Source: Tubulanus polymorphus (taxonomy: Eukaryota > Animalia > Nemertea). From it: 64,000 nucleotides of DNA. A model generated the notes under the pieces. It was not told the DNA's origin and made no database searches. It saw only the letters and a list, made by a program, of their open reading frames with translations. Position 1 is the first letter of the stretch, and every line of letters begins with the position of its first letter. Below, in pieces: positions 11,051-21,088 of this stretch. The stretch is taken from NCBI RefSeq assembly GCF_964204645.1, contig NC_134033.1, positions 6,286,231 to 6,350,230 on the forward strand. Reading direction: 5' to 3'. The position numbers and the translations under genes are program-made.

Positions 11051-11143
11051 TTAGGTATTAGGGTACCTAATAGGGTATCTAATAGGGTATCTAATACATA
11101 GGTAGGTATTAGGGTATCTAATAGGGTATCTAATACATAGGTA
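11051..11143. repeat. Cluster of TAGGGTATCTAA 12-mers
   Basis: Five copies of TAGGGTA(T/C)CTAA within ~90 bp of the non-coding centre of the 9911-13267 element. Confidence 0.85.
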
Positions 11144-11293
11144 TATAAATAGTTAGATATATAAATTAGTTTTATAATAATTATAAATATAAATTATTAA
11201 TCTAAATATAGAAATAGTTATAATATTATCTATTTTTTTATTTTCAACCAATTTAACAGTCTTATTCTCAATTTGAATTATGAAATTTCTCAT

Positions 11294-11584
11294 CTAATTC
11301 ATGAATATATTTATTTTCAGAGTTTTTAGAGTTTTTAAACTCTTTAAATTTTTATATCTTTCATTACATACTTCACAGCATTTAATATTATTCAATCTAT
11401 CTGAAATATAATTTATATTTTCTATTAATTCAGTGTATCTAATTTTACAGCAATCATAGAATTCTAACAACTGTTTTATACTATAAATTGAAAAAGAAAA
11501 TAAACCTGTAAGCATAATAATTGATTTAATATTCTGTTGATTGTTATATATTAGATATAATAAGTTTAATATATTTTCACTCAT
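11294..11584 (-). CDS. Small hypothetical protein (hydrophobic stretch, CxxC) of the satellite-like element
   Basis: 96-aa ORF in AT-rich DNA, tandem and co-oriented with its neighbours (20-bp gap to the next ORF). Confidence 0.55.
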   Translation of the reverse strand: MSENILNLLYLIYNNQQNIKSIIMLTGLFSFSIYSIKQLLEFYDCCKIRYTELIENINYISDRLNNIKCCEVCNERYKNLKSLKTLKTLKINIFMN

Positions 11585-11604
11585 TTTTTCATTTAATTAA
11601 TTTA

Positions 11605-11802
11605 CTAATCTGGTTCAATAACTTTTTTATGATTATTTTTTTCTCCATTTAATTTTTTCAATTTCTTGCTCAATTTCATATTTTCATTCATCAAATCCTT
11701 ACTAATATTCTCATAGTATAAATAAAGCGCAGCCAACATTAATCCTCCCGCTACAAGATAATGCTTCAAATCACTTTTCCCAGTTGGGATGAAACCATCC
11801 AT
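11605..11802 (-). CDS. Small single-TM plus basic coiled-coil protein
   Basis: 65 aa, TM YLVAGGLMLAALYLYY; start context AATTTTTTTTAAATAAATG is the same pattern as Maverick gene starts. Confidence 0.65.
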   Translation of the reverse strand: MDGFIPTGKSDLKHYLVAGGLMLAALYLYYENISKDLMNENMKLSKKLKKLNGEKNNHKKVIEPD

Positions 11803-11968
11803 TTATTTAAAAAAAATTATTAAATTGATAAATATTTAATATTTTAGAAATATTTAACTTTTATATGTTTCAAATCTTATAACAATTAAACTTACTACCT
11901 AACAGTTATTCATTAAAATAATTTCTCAATGCTTTAACTACTATACATTTGAAACATACAGCTTAATC

Positions 11969-12607
11969 TTATTTCAATATAGAATTATTATTCATTTCAT
12001 ATTCGATATGTTTAATTGTCTGATAATGTTTTGATTTATGTGATCTTAGATATTTGCCGCCGCAATAACAATACACTTTTTCAATAGGATTGAATTTTCT
12101 AAATTCATCATCTAAATTACATTGAACTGCAATATCTTTAAATGATTTTTCATTATCTAATTCACATTGAATACCAATATTTGATGAATTTTCATTATAG
12201 ATAATTTGTTTATTATCAAAATTGAAATAATATAATTGTCTTTTTTCACTTCTTAAGTTAATCAAATCATTGTAATCTTTAGAAAGTATTATATCACTTT
12301 TTCTTTCATTGAAAAGAGTTTTAAGAATATTAATTATGTTTTCATCTAAAGTTCCTTTAAAATTTAAAACTGTATTGAACATTTTAGGATTTTTAACACC
12401 ATTATAAAAAGTATCAATTAGTTTAGTAATTAAATATGTTTCATTTGATAATATTTGATTAATTACAGTAATATTTTCAATTTTATAATGTCTTGCGGAC
12501 ACTAAATTTGTTGCTGAAATATAATTTTTAATGTTAAACTGTGAAAATGATTTATTGGTTTCATTGATTTCGATTTTAAAGTTGGGTTCTTCTTCTTCTT
12601 TCTTCAT
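11969..12607 (-). CDS. Hypothetical protein with C-terminal zinc finger (CxCGxxY...H.....KH)
   Basis: 212 aa ending CYCGGKYLRSHKSKHYQTIKH, the finger style common in Maverick and large DNA virus proteins. Its 5' part is duplicated in the left IR (10547-10736). Confidence 0.7.
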   Translation of the reverse strand: MKKEEEEPNFKIEINETNKSFSQFNIKNYISATNLVSARHYKIENITVINQILSNETYLITKLIDTFYNGVKNPKMFNTVLNFKGTLDENIINILKTLFNERKSDIILSKDYNDLINLRSEKRQLYYFNFDNKQIIYNENSSNIGIQCELDNEKSFKDIAVQCNLDDEFRKFNPIEKVYCYCGGKYLRSHKSKHYQTIKHIEYEMNNNSILK

Positions 12608-14784
12608 TTTTTATAACAAAATTCTTATTAAAACTCATTCAAATATAAATATTCACTGTTTTAAATATGAATTATTTCACTCGTTAATTACTCGTTACTT
12701 TTATACTGAAATAAGAATTTAACACATACAAATATAAATATTCACTGTTTTAAATATAGATTATTTCACTCACACTTTACTAACACTTTTAATGTTTAAA
12801 AATCAAGAATTTAACACATATAAATATAAATATTCACTGTTTTAAATATAAATTATTTCACTCACACTTTTTATGTTAAAAATCAAGAATTTAACACATA
12901 TAAATATTAACTGTTTTAAATATGAATTATTTCACTCACACTTTACTCACACTTTTAATGTTTAAAAATCTAACTCATACAAATATAAATATTGAAATAA
13001 TGTTTAAAACATATCTATATATCTATTCTATAAGAGCTCGTACTCTCGTACTCTGATCTGAAAGCCTACTTTTCTAATTACTTTTATATGTTATTCATAT
13101 ATATTTTATTCATGTATATGAATATTTTAAGAGTAATAGAGATAATAGGCTTTCATATCAAAGGTTGAGAGGTTGAGAAATTTTCCAAATGTTAAAATAA
13201 TAATAATTTCTACTTGAATTAGGAGTGTACGCGACTAATTCAAGTAGAAATTATTGTTATTTTCACACGATGAAAGATGAAGAACAAAACGGAATCTTGA
13301 CTTTTGAACTTTTTTATGTTAAACGAAAGACTGTTGAAAACGAACAGTACCGTCGTTGAATTAATATTTGCCGGTTTTCTTCTGTTTATTTTGTGTGAAT
13401 CAAACTTAAAATCATTGATCAATCAGGCGCGGATCAAGGGCCATACAGTGACTACAGCACAGTGAAAAAAGGACACCAACTTTGAAAAGGGCCAGTATTA
13501 ATGCCCAGCGAGCGAGTTTGATTGCCATTCATTGGTATCATGCCACTAGATTTGCCTTCACATTCAATATGCTTGTGGCTTTTTTAAATTTTTGGCGAAA
13601 TTTGCTGTCACGAGGGTCCGATAGAGATCTCCAAGACAAAGTTTACAAGACAGTGATATTAATATAACAAAATAAATTTATTTACACAATATAACTGGAA
13701 ATGCTATTACTATGATTTGCGATTACTATGAAGCATATACTGCGTAACGCATGAATACGTAACTTAAAGAACGATAGCTGGTATGCTGGTATCACGGTTA
13801 CGTGCTCTGCATGATATCTCGTATTACGTTCTCTGCATGATATCTGCTTTCAAAGTAATGCCATATTTTGGTGGTGATCGCCCGCCATAGATATCTCTTG
13901 TTATGACGATCATCGAACCGACTGGCGAAGGCAGTGGGGAAAAAACTATAAATTATACAAACAAAATATGTCTTACAAGAAACGACCTAAACGCGGCGTA
14001 AATTATGAGGGTCCTGCTAAAGTACGAAACTACGAAATAACGAAATATGGAGCGAAATTACGAAACGAAATTACGGAACTACGAAATTACGAAATGGAAA
14101 GTGCCAGTAGTGCTAAAATACGAACCGAAATACGAAACGAAATGGTCACATTTCAAACACACGCCCATACTATGGTCAAAGCTAGTTATAACGCTAAATC
14201 GTGCTCTACCACAAGTTACATTGTAACAGTCTAAACACTTACACAGACAATATTGTTGCGTATTTTTGATTTATCTGTTGCCGGCATATCGGGCTACGAC
14301 TTACGCGAGGTATTTTGAATGAAATCAGAAGATTTGGAATTTATAATTGATACGACTTACGTGAAAATACGACTTATAAAGTACGAGTTAGAAGCATTAT
14401 CTTATAAGGTTTAAAGAAGAAAAAAATCGGGACCAAAATAAATATACGAGAGACGTGATGATACGACTAATTCGATGACGACTTATGCGGGGTTGACTGT
14501 AGCAGAAAGGAAAGGCAAGCGCTTCACGCGACACCGAGCTCGTAACCGCGATAGGATTATCCCGTTCTTGGACACGGGCCGACATATCTGAACCTGTATA
14601 GTATCGATCATTTAGCTCAGAAAAAAATTAATGTACAGGGTAGATTAGCGGCCGGTCGGGTCAACTTTTAAGCTCCTCAGCAGAGGAGAAACGAGGTATC
14701 AATTTTTTAGCCTAAACACTGGACGATACATTTTAAGGCACACTTCGTTCTCTAACCCGTAATTTATTAATCGCTACCTTCTAG

Positions 14785-14906
14785 TTGTATATGAGCATGC
14801 GCAGATCATTCTCCCTGATGGCATCGCTAAACTCAGTCGCGGCACGGAACCGTGCCACACTAGACCGGGTGCGCATGTTTAAGCCAACTCCACGAGTCCG
14901 CTGCTA
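14785..14906 (+). repeat. Dispersed repeat (second copy ~42761-42896)
   Basis: Shared TTGTATATGAGCATGCGCAGATCATTCTCCC...TGCCACACTAGACCGGGTGCGC...CCGCTGCTA. Confidence 0.75.
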
Positions 14907-15158
14907 TGGCGCAAAAAAATTACAAAAATTTTCGTTTCGTATTACATTTTATACTTTAGCAGGACCCGCGAAAAATGACCATTTCGTTTCGTAGTTAAGC
15001 ATTTCGTATAGTATTTCGTTTCGTACTTTAGCATTTCTTAATTTCGTTGCATATTTCTTAATTTCGTAGTTTCGTACTTTAGAAGTACCCAAATTATGAT
15101 AAATATTATCAATTATGACAATAATTGAATAAACTAATTGAGAATAATGCTCAATGAA

Positions 15159-15623
15159 TGTTATCAATAGACTAAATCGACATTAATCGCTGAATAGCAA
15201 AATTAATAAATTACACCGACGCTTAAGATAACTAACATATTATCGCACAGTTACCAGTTAACAATTAACCATAATTGACAAGTTATCAGTTATGAATAGA
15301 TGAATTTACATAATTCACTGAATTAACTGCAAATTCTCATCTTATACGTATCTAATACTATATATTCAAACAAGACGTTTTACCTGTTAAATATTCAATG
15401 CTATATTAAATATATGTTATGTATTAGATATGTAGAATAACGGCATACAACTTACCCCGAAGACAGCAAACACGACACACAGATGTTCACTGTGTTACCA
15501 TCGAACGGATAAAGACGTGTGTCTACGCAATGCATGCAACTCGGTTCAATGAAAGAACCCGTGCGCGATTAAATTGAATAACATTTTATAACTAGGCAGG
15601 GATCACTCACCCGACTCGTGACA
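15159..15623 (-). repeat. Putative 3' LTR of the Gmr1-type element (left boundary uncertain)
   Basis: Minus strand GCAGGGGGATT (PPT-like) followed by TGTCACGAG, downstream of the RNase H end; candidate end ...GATAACA. No second copy in the window. Confidence 0.35.
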
Positions 15624-15799
15624 AATCCCCCTGCAAGGGAAAAATTTGCTAAAATTTTTGAAAACCCACGAGACGGTAATTTTAATACCATAATCAATTA
15701 TTAGACTCACAAATACAGCATGAATAATTTTAACAATTAATTCGAGTAGCAAAATATATACCCACCAAATAATATACAATTTTATAACAATTCTTATCA

Positions 15800-15899
15800 G
15801 GATAGACTCTACTCAAATAATCAGCTCCGATATTATCAGACCCTTTTATCGCATGAATCCGAAATCTAAACGGCTGCAGTGATATGATAATGCCCATCG
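15800..15899 (-). pseudogene. C-terminal RNase H remnant of the Gmr1-type element, left of the Maverick
   Basis: Minus strand reads RWAL..SLQPFRFRIHAIKGSDNIGADYLSR, continuing ETDHQPLIYLNRSKVSNV from the right flank (32475-32520) across the TSD. Confidence 0.88.
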
Positions 15900-15905
15900 A
15901 ACGTT

Positions 15906-16025
15906 AGTAATTAGAAAAGTGGGGTTTCAGGCCAGAGGACGAGAGGACGAGACACCACTCATCACCACAAGTAATTTTTTTCCTAACACTCATCACCACA
16001 AGTAATTTTTTTTCCTAATAAATGG
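15906..16025 (+). repeat. Left TIR of Maverick
   Basis: AGTAATTAGAAAAGTGGGG... through the pPolB ATG; contains (AGAGGACG)x2 and a ~31-bp tandem duplication. Confidence 0.95.
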
Positions 16026-19000
16026 GGGAGAATGAACACCAACTAGAAAACAATAATGTCAATAAAAATCAATATTATTGTCAATATTGTAAAAAATACA
16101 TCGATACATCTAATAAAACACGACATGAAAAAACTGCAAATCATATAAAAAATGTAATAGATTTTGAAACTCCAGAAAATTCCAATGAAAGAAAAGAACG
16201 ATTAGAAAATATGAATGTGAATGAAATAAAATGTGAAGTTTGTGATGAATTTATAACAAAAAGGAATTATAATAGACATCTCGAAACAGAAAAACACCAT
16301 CAAAATTTGAGAAATAATGTTTTAGGAATAGATTATTTTGATGATAAACCTCAACAAGTAAAAAAACCAACTTCAAAAACTAAATCCATTTCAAATAAAC
16401 CTTACATGGAAAATGTTAGAAATTATATTGATTCACTAGAAATAAAAGATACAATTGAAATCTTAGAAACATTACATAGTAAAATTGGTCCTGCAGCTAT
16501 TATATTTAGATTTTTTAAAGGTACAACAATAGAAGATTATAGTAAATTTAATGAAATAATAGAAAAAATACTAGATTTGATAACAGATGTTGAATATCCA
16601 AAAATTAGTATCTCTGGGAAAGTAAGTTTTATAAAGTCAGAAGAAAAAATGAATTATAATATTCAAACACACTCTGAAGAAATAATTTCAAAAACACAAA
16701 TAAAAGAGAAGTTAGAAAAAATATTAAATGAATTTAAACGTCATATTGAAGAAAGATATTTTGAGGGTTCTGGTTTAACATTGAATGAAATTATATATTT
16801 AGATTTAAATGTTTATAATACAAAAAGGAATAAAACATCAAAAAGTAATAAAATGTTTAAAAATGATTCAAACTTTACAACAGAAAAGGATATTAAAGCA
16901 TCATCTTATATTAAATTACCATTTACAACAAAAGCAGTAATAAATGTTCAAAATGAAGATAATAAATGTTTTCTATGGTCAATTATTAGTTGCTTACATC
17001 CAACAGAAGAACATGTTTATAGAATAACAGATTACCGGAAATATGAAACATTATATAAAATTGATCAATATCCAGTAACTATAAAAATGATTCCTAAAAT
17101 AGAAAAAGTTAATAATTTAAAAATAAATGTATTCGAATTAATGCAATTACCAAAGACAAAAGGTGAAAATATTAAAGATTATACATTGGAAGCTTTATAT
17201 TTAACAGAATATTATGATAATGAAAATGCTATAGATTTGTTATATTATAAAAAAGATGAAAATGAACATTATATGTGGTTAAAACAAATTGATTTATTCT
17301 TTAGAACAACAGAAAGTGATCATCATCGTAAAATTTATCTATGTAGAAAATGTTTATCTAAATTTATGGCTGAGAATACATTATTAAAACATAAAGAATT
17401 ATGTGATAATAAAGATTTTTGTAAATTAATAATGCCAACAGAAAAAGATTATAAATTGAAATTTACTAATCATAAATTTAAAAATATTGTTCCATTTGTA
17501 ATTTATGGGGATTTTGAATCGCTGAATAAAGAATTAACTGATCAAGATAGAAAAGAAATATATAACAAAAAGCAATTATTAAAATCAATGGATAAAGGAA
17601 ATGAATTAAATGAAGACACAATACAAGACCCACCAATTATAAATACAATTAAAAAAGTTCATCAAAGAGCTGCTGCTTATGGAATTTATATAAAATCAAA
17701 TTATCCCGAATTATATGAAAGTCAATATATTTCTTTTAGAGGTGAAAATGTAGTTAATGATTTTTGTGATAAAATGATTGAATTAGAAAGTGATTTTACA
17801 AAATTATTAAACAAAAATAAAAGAATAGTTATGACAAAAGAAGATGAAATTGATTTTAATTATGCAACTCATTGTTGTTATTGTGAAAAACGTTTTTATT
17901 CATTTGATAAAAGAGTTAGAGATCATGATCATTTGAATTCAAAATATCGTGGAGCTGCTCATGAAGATTGCAATTTACAAGCTAAGAAAGTTAATTTCGT
18001 ACCAATATTATTTCATAATTTATTGGGTTATGATACCCATCTATTTATAAAACAATTATCGGGAAAATTGGGTGCAATTAATCAAGAAATAGAAGAATAT
18101 AATGCTATGAATGAAGCAAATGTAAGAAAATATGATTTTAAACTATTAGCTAAAACATCTGAAAATTATATTTCATTTCAATTTGGTTGCATTAGATTTT
18201 TAGATTCTTATAGATTTCTAGCAAGTTCATTAGATAATTTATCAAAAAGTTTAGTTGATAATGATTTTGTTATAACTCGATATTATTATCCAAATGACCA
18301 AGATTTTAAATTATTGAGATATAAAGGCGCAATTCCTTACTCATTTTATAAAACACACGATGATTTTAATGTAACAGAATTATTAAAAGATCAATTTTAT
18401 GATAAATTAAAAGAGGAGTATGTGAAAGACGAAGTTTTTGATAGAACATTAAATATTTGGAACCATTTTAATATGAAAAATCATGGCGAATTAGTTGATT
18501 TATATTTAAAATCAGATGTTATGATATTAGCTGACATATTTGAAAAATTTAGAGAAGTTAATCTAAACCATTTTAATGTTGACCCTTGTTATTGTTATTC
18601 AAGTCCTGGTTTAACCTGGCAATGTGGTTTAAAATATACAAATGTAGAATTAGATTTATTAAAAGAACCAGATATGGTTTTATTATTTGAAAAATCAATT
18701 AGAGGTGGAATTAGTGGTGTTATGGGAGATAGGTATTTTAAAGCAAATGATGAATATAAATTATTATATATTGACGCCAATAATTTATATGGTTGGGCAA
18801 TGATGCAACCTCAACCATATAAAAATTTTATATTAACAGAAGTTGAAAATGATGATAAAACTAATTGGGAAAGCGCAATTATGAGTTTAGAAGATGAAGC
18901 ACCAATTGGTTATTTCTTTGTAGTTGATTTAGAATATCCTGATAACATAAAGTTTAAAACAAGAAACTTACCTTATTGCCCAGAACATTTAACTGTAGAT

Positions 19001-21088
19001 GATAGTTATTTAAGTGAATACCAGAAGAAAATAAAACCGAAAGATCATGTTTTTACAGAAAAATTAATACTTACTCAAAATAATAAATACAATTATATTG
19101 TTCATTATAGAATGTTAAAATTTTATCTAAAACAAGGAATGAAATTAAAGAAAGTACATAGATATATTGAATTTAATCAATCAAAGTGGTTAGAAAAATA
19201 TATAGATTTCAATACTCAACAGAGAACCATATCAAAAACAGATTTTGAAAAAGATTTCTTCAAATTAATGAACAATAGTTTTTATGGTAAAACATGTGAA
19301 AATATTAGAAATAGAAATGATATTGAATTAGTAAATAATTCTGAACGATTGAGACACCTACAATCAAGTCCTAGACATTTAGGAAATAAAAGATTTGAAG
19401 ATTATTTAACAGCAGTAAAATTAAAAAGAACGTCAATGAAATTTAATAAACCCATTTTCATTGGTTCAACAGTTTTAGAAATATCAAAATTATTAATGTA
19501 TGATTTTTATTACAATGTATTACAACCATTGTTTGGGGAAAAACATATAGAAATTCTATACTTCGATTCTGTAACAGCTGACACCCCAATATTATTAAAA
19601 TACAATAACCAAATATTAATTAGAAGAATTTCAGAAATAATTCCTAATCAAAATAAATCTTATATTTCATATGGTGAAAAAGAACTAATACAAATAAATG
19701 GTTTAATAGATGTTTGGACAAGAAATGGATGGAAAAAATTAAAGAATATTATTAGACATAAAACAAATAAGAAAATCTATAGAGTTAGAACTAAATTAGG
19801 ATTTGTAGATGTTACTGAAGACCACAGTTTAATTAAACGAAATGGTGATGAAATAAAACCAACTGATATAAAAATTGGAGATGAATTATTACATAAAAGA
19901 TTTTTCCCAAGAATGAATCATATGTCATTTGATGAAATAATTGATAATATTTATAATATAGAACCTGAAACATTAGAAGAAAAAGAATATTTTATCAAAG
20001 GATTTTTCATGGGTGACGGTTCAGCAGGTGTGTATAAATATGTTAATCGCACTCAATATCGTTGGTATTTATGCAATCAAGACTTAAAATTATTAGAAAG
20101 AATTAAGAAATTCTGTGAAGAAGTTTATCCAAATAAAACATTTAGAATCATGGATCATATGAAATCATCCGCGGTTTATAGAATATTTGTAAATAATCCT
20201 AAAGATTTTTCCTCAAAATATAATGATGAATTCTATATTCATGCAATAGTGAAAAGTAATACTTCAACTAAAGAAAAGATAGTTCCAGATTATGTATTAA
20301 ATGCAAAAAATAATTTAAGAAAATGGTTCTTCATTGGATTCTATGCAGCAGATGGTTCAAAAAGTTTCCAAAACCGCAAAACAATATCCTTTGCTCAAAA
20401 AGGAAAAGTTGTTATATCAGGATTGAATATATTATGTAGTTCATTAGGATTTAATATGAATATAGAATTAATTAAATCTAAACCAAATTGTTTTAATTTA
20501 AGGCATGTAGAAAAAGAATTAACAGAAGAAGTTAAAGATTTATTTGAAATATATAACCCAACTGACTATGTTTATGATTTATCAACAGATGATGGAACAT
20601 TCAATTCTGGGTTCCCATTAATCCAAAAAAATACTGACAGTTACATACTAAAAATCAAGACAAATGACATAACAAAAGACTTAAAAACATTAAAACATCA
20701 TTTTGATTTTAGCAATTATCCTAAAGATCATGAACTATTTAGCAATGATAATAAAAAGATTCCTGGTAAATTTAAAGATGAATTAGGGGGTGATGAAATG
20801 ATTGAATTTGTTGGGATAAGAAGTAAAATGTATAGTTACAGAACAAAAGATCATGAAGCTAAAAAGTTAAAAGGAATAACAAAACATGTGGTTGATAAAC
20901 ATATAGAATTTCAAGATTATATAAAGTGTTTATATAAATCAATTGTAATGAAACACAAGATGAATTGTTTAAGATCAGAAGATCATGAGATGTACATTAA
21001 TGAAGTTGAAAAAACTAGTTTAAATCCATTTGATGATAAAAGGCATATTTCAGATGATGGTATAAAAACATTACCTTATGGTTATTAA
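16022..21088 (+). CDS. polB: Protein-primed family B DNA polymerase (pPolB) with N-terminal Zn fingers, OTU-like protease region, endonuclease VII-like insertion and an intein
   Basis: ExoI YGDFES, ExoII HNLLGYD, ExoIII YLKSDV, IRGG, motif A YIDANNLYG, motif B KLMNNSFYGK, motif C split YFD/TDS, KMY, KLKGI; 1688 aa, uninterrupted. Confidence 0.96.
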   Translation: MGENEHQLENNNVNKNQYYCQYCKKYIDTSNKTRHEKTANHIKNVIDFETPENSNERKERLENMNVNEIKCEVCDEFITKRNYNRHLETEKHHQNLRNNVLGIDYFDDKPQQVKKPTSKTKSISNKPYMENVRNYIDSLEIKDTIEILETLHSKIGPAAIIFRFFKGTTIEDYSKFNEIIEKILDLITDVEYPKISISGKVSFIKSEEKMNYNIQTHSEEIISKTQIKEKLEKILNEFKRHIEERYFEGSGLTLNEIIYLDLNVYNTKRNKTSKSNKMFKNDSNFTTEKDIKASSYIKLPFTTKAVINVQNEDNKCFLWSIISCLHPTEEHVYRITDYRKYETLYKIDQYPVTIKMIPKIEKVNNLKINVFELMQLPKTKGENIKDYTLEALYLTEYYDNENAIDLLYYKKDENEHYMWLKQIDLFFRTTESDHHRKIYLCRKCLSKFMAENTLLKHKELCDNKDFCKLIMPTEKDYKLKFTNHKFKNIVPFVIYGDFESLNKELTDQDRKEIYNKKQLLKSMDKGNELNEDTIQDPPIINTIKKVHQRAAAYGIYIKSNYPELYESQYISFRGENVVNDFCDKMIELESDFTKLLNKNKRIVMTKEDEIDFNYATHCCYCEKRFYSFDKRVRDHDHLNSKYRGAAHEDCNLQAKKVNFVPILFHNLLGYDTHLFIKQLSGKLGAINQEIEEYNAMNEANVRKYDFKLLAKTSENYISFQFGCIRFLDSYRFLASSLDNLSKSLVDNDFVITRYYYPNDQDFKLLRYKGAIPYSFYKTHDDFNVTELLKDQFYDKLKEEYVKDEVFDRTLNIWNHFNMKNHGELVDLYLKSDVMILADIFEKFREVNLNHFNVDPCYCYSSPGLTWQCGLKYTNVELDLLKEPDMVLLFEKSIRGGISGVMGDRYFKANDEYKLLYIDANNLYGWAMMQPQPYKNFILTEVENDDKTNWESAIMSLEDEAPIGYFFVVDLEYPDNIKFKTRNLPYCPEHLTVDDSYLSEYQKKIKPKDHVFTEKLILTQNNKYNYIVHYRMLKFYLKQGMKLKKVHRYIEFNQSKWLEKYIDFNTQQRTISKTDFEKDFFKLMNNSFYGKTCENIRNRNDIELVNNSERLRHLQSSPRHLGNKRFEDYLTAVKLKRTSMKFNKPIFIGSTVLEISKLLMYDFYYNVLQPLFGEKHIEILYFDSVTADTPILLKYNNQILIRRISEIIPNQNKSYISYGEKELIQINGLIDVWTRNGWKKLKNIIRHKTNKKIYRVRTKLGFVDVTEDHSLIKRNGDEIKPTDIKIGDELLHKRFFPRMNHMSFDEIIDNIYNIEPETLEEKEYFIKGFFMGDGSAGVYKYVNRTQYRWYLCNQDLKLLERIKKFCEEVYPNKTFRIMDHMKSSAVYRIFVNNPKDFSSKYNDEFYIHAIVKSNTSTKEKIVPDYVLNAKNNLRKWFFIGFYAADGSKSFQNRKTISFAQKGKVVISGLNILCSSLGFNMNIELIKSKPNCFNLRHVEKELTEEVKDLFEIYNPTDYVYDLSTDDGTFNSGFPLIQKNTDSYILKIKTNDITKDLKTLKHHFDFSNYPKDHELFSNDNKKIPGKFKDELGGDEMIEFVGIRSKMYSYRTKDHEAKKLKGITKHVVDKHIEFQDYIKCLYKSIVMKHKMNCLRSEDHEMYINEVEKTSLNPFDDKRHISDDGIKTLPYGY
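19568..20632 (+). mobile_element. Intein with LAGLIDADG homing endonuclease in pPolB motif C (residues 1183-1537, 355 aa)
   Basis: Block A SVTADTPI (Ser1), block B VDVTEDHSL (TxxH), block C KGFFMGDGS, block D KIVP, block E IGFYAADGS, block F YVYDLST, block G IQKN followed by +1 Thr. Excision restores YFDTDS. Confidence 0.95.

Larger units (their letters stand above)
9911..13267. mobile_element. Non-autonomous Maverick-related / satellite-like element with long inverted repeats and hairpin-capable ends
   Basis: Inverted repeats 9968-10736 and 12408-13267; five Maverick-type terminal motifs; very AT-rich; three small minus-strand ORFs; no pPolB, integrase, capsid or TSD seen. Confidence 0.75.

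Noticed and set aside
9911-13267. Endogenous parvovirus/densovirus, suggested by the hairpin ends
   Set aside because: No HUH/SF3 NS1 or capsid ORF; the terminal motifs match the Maverick instead.
19568-20632. Intron or Hedgehog-type Hint domain instead of an intein
   Set aside because: The insert is in frame, lacks GT-AG ends, and has terminal Asn/+1 Thr plus an internal LAGLIDADG domain.
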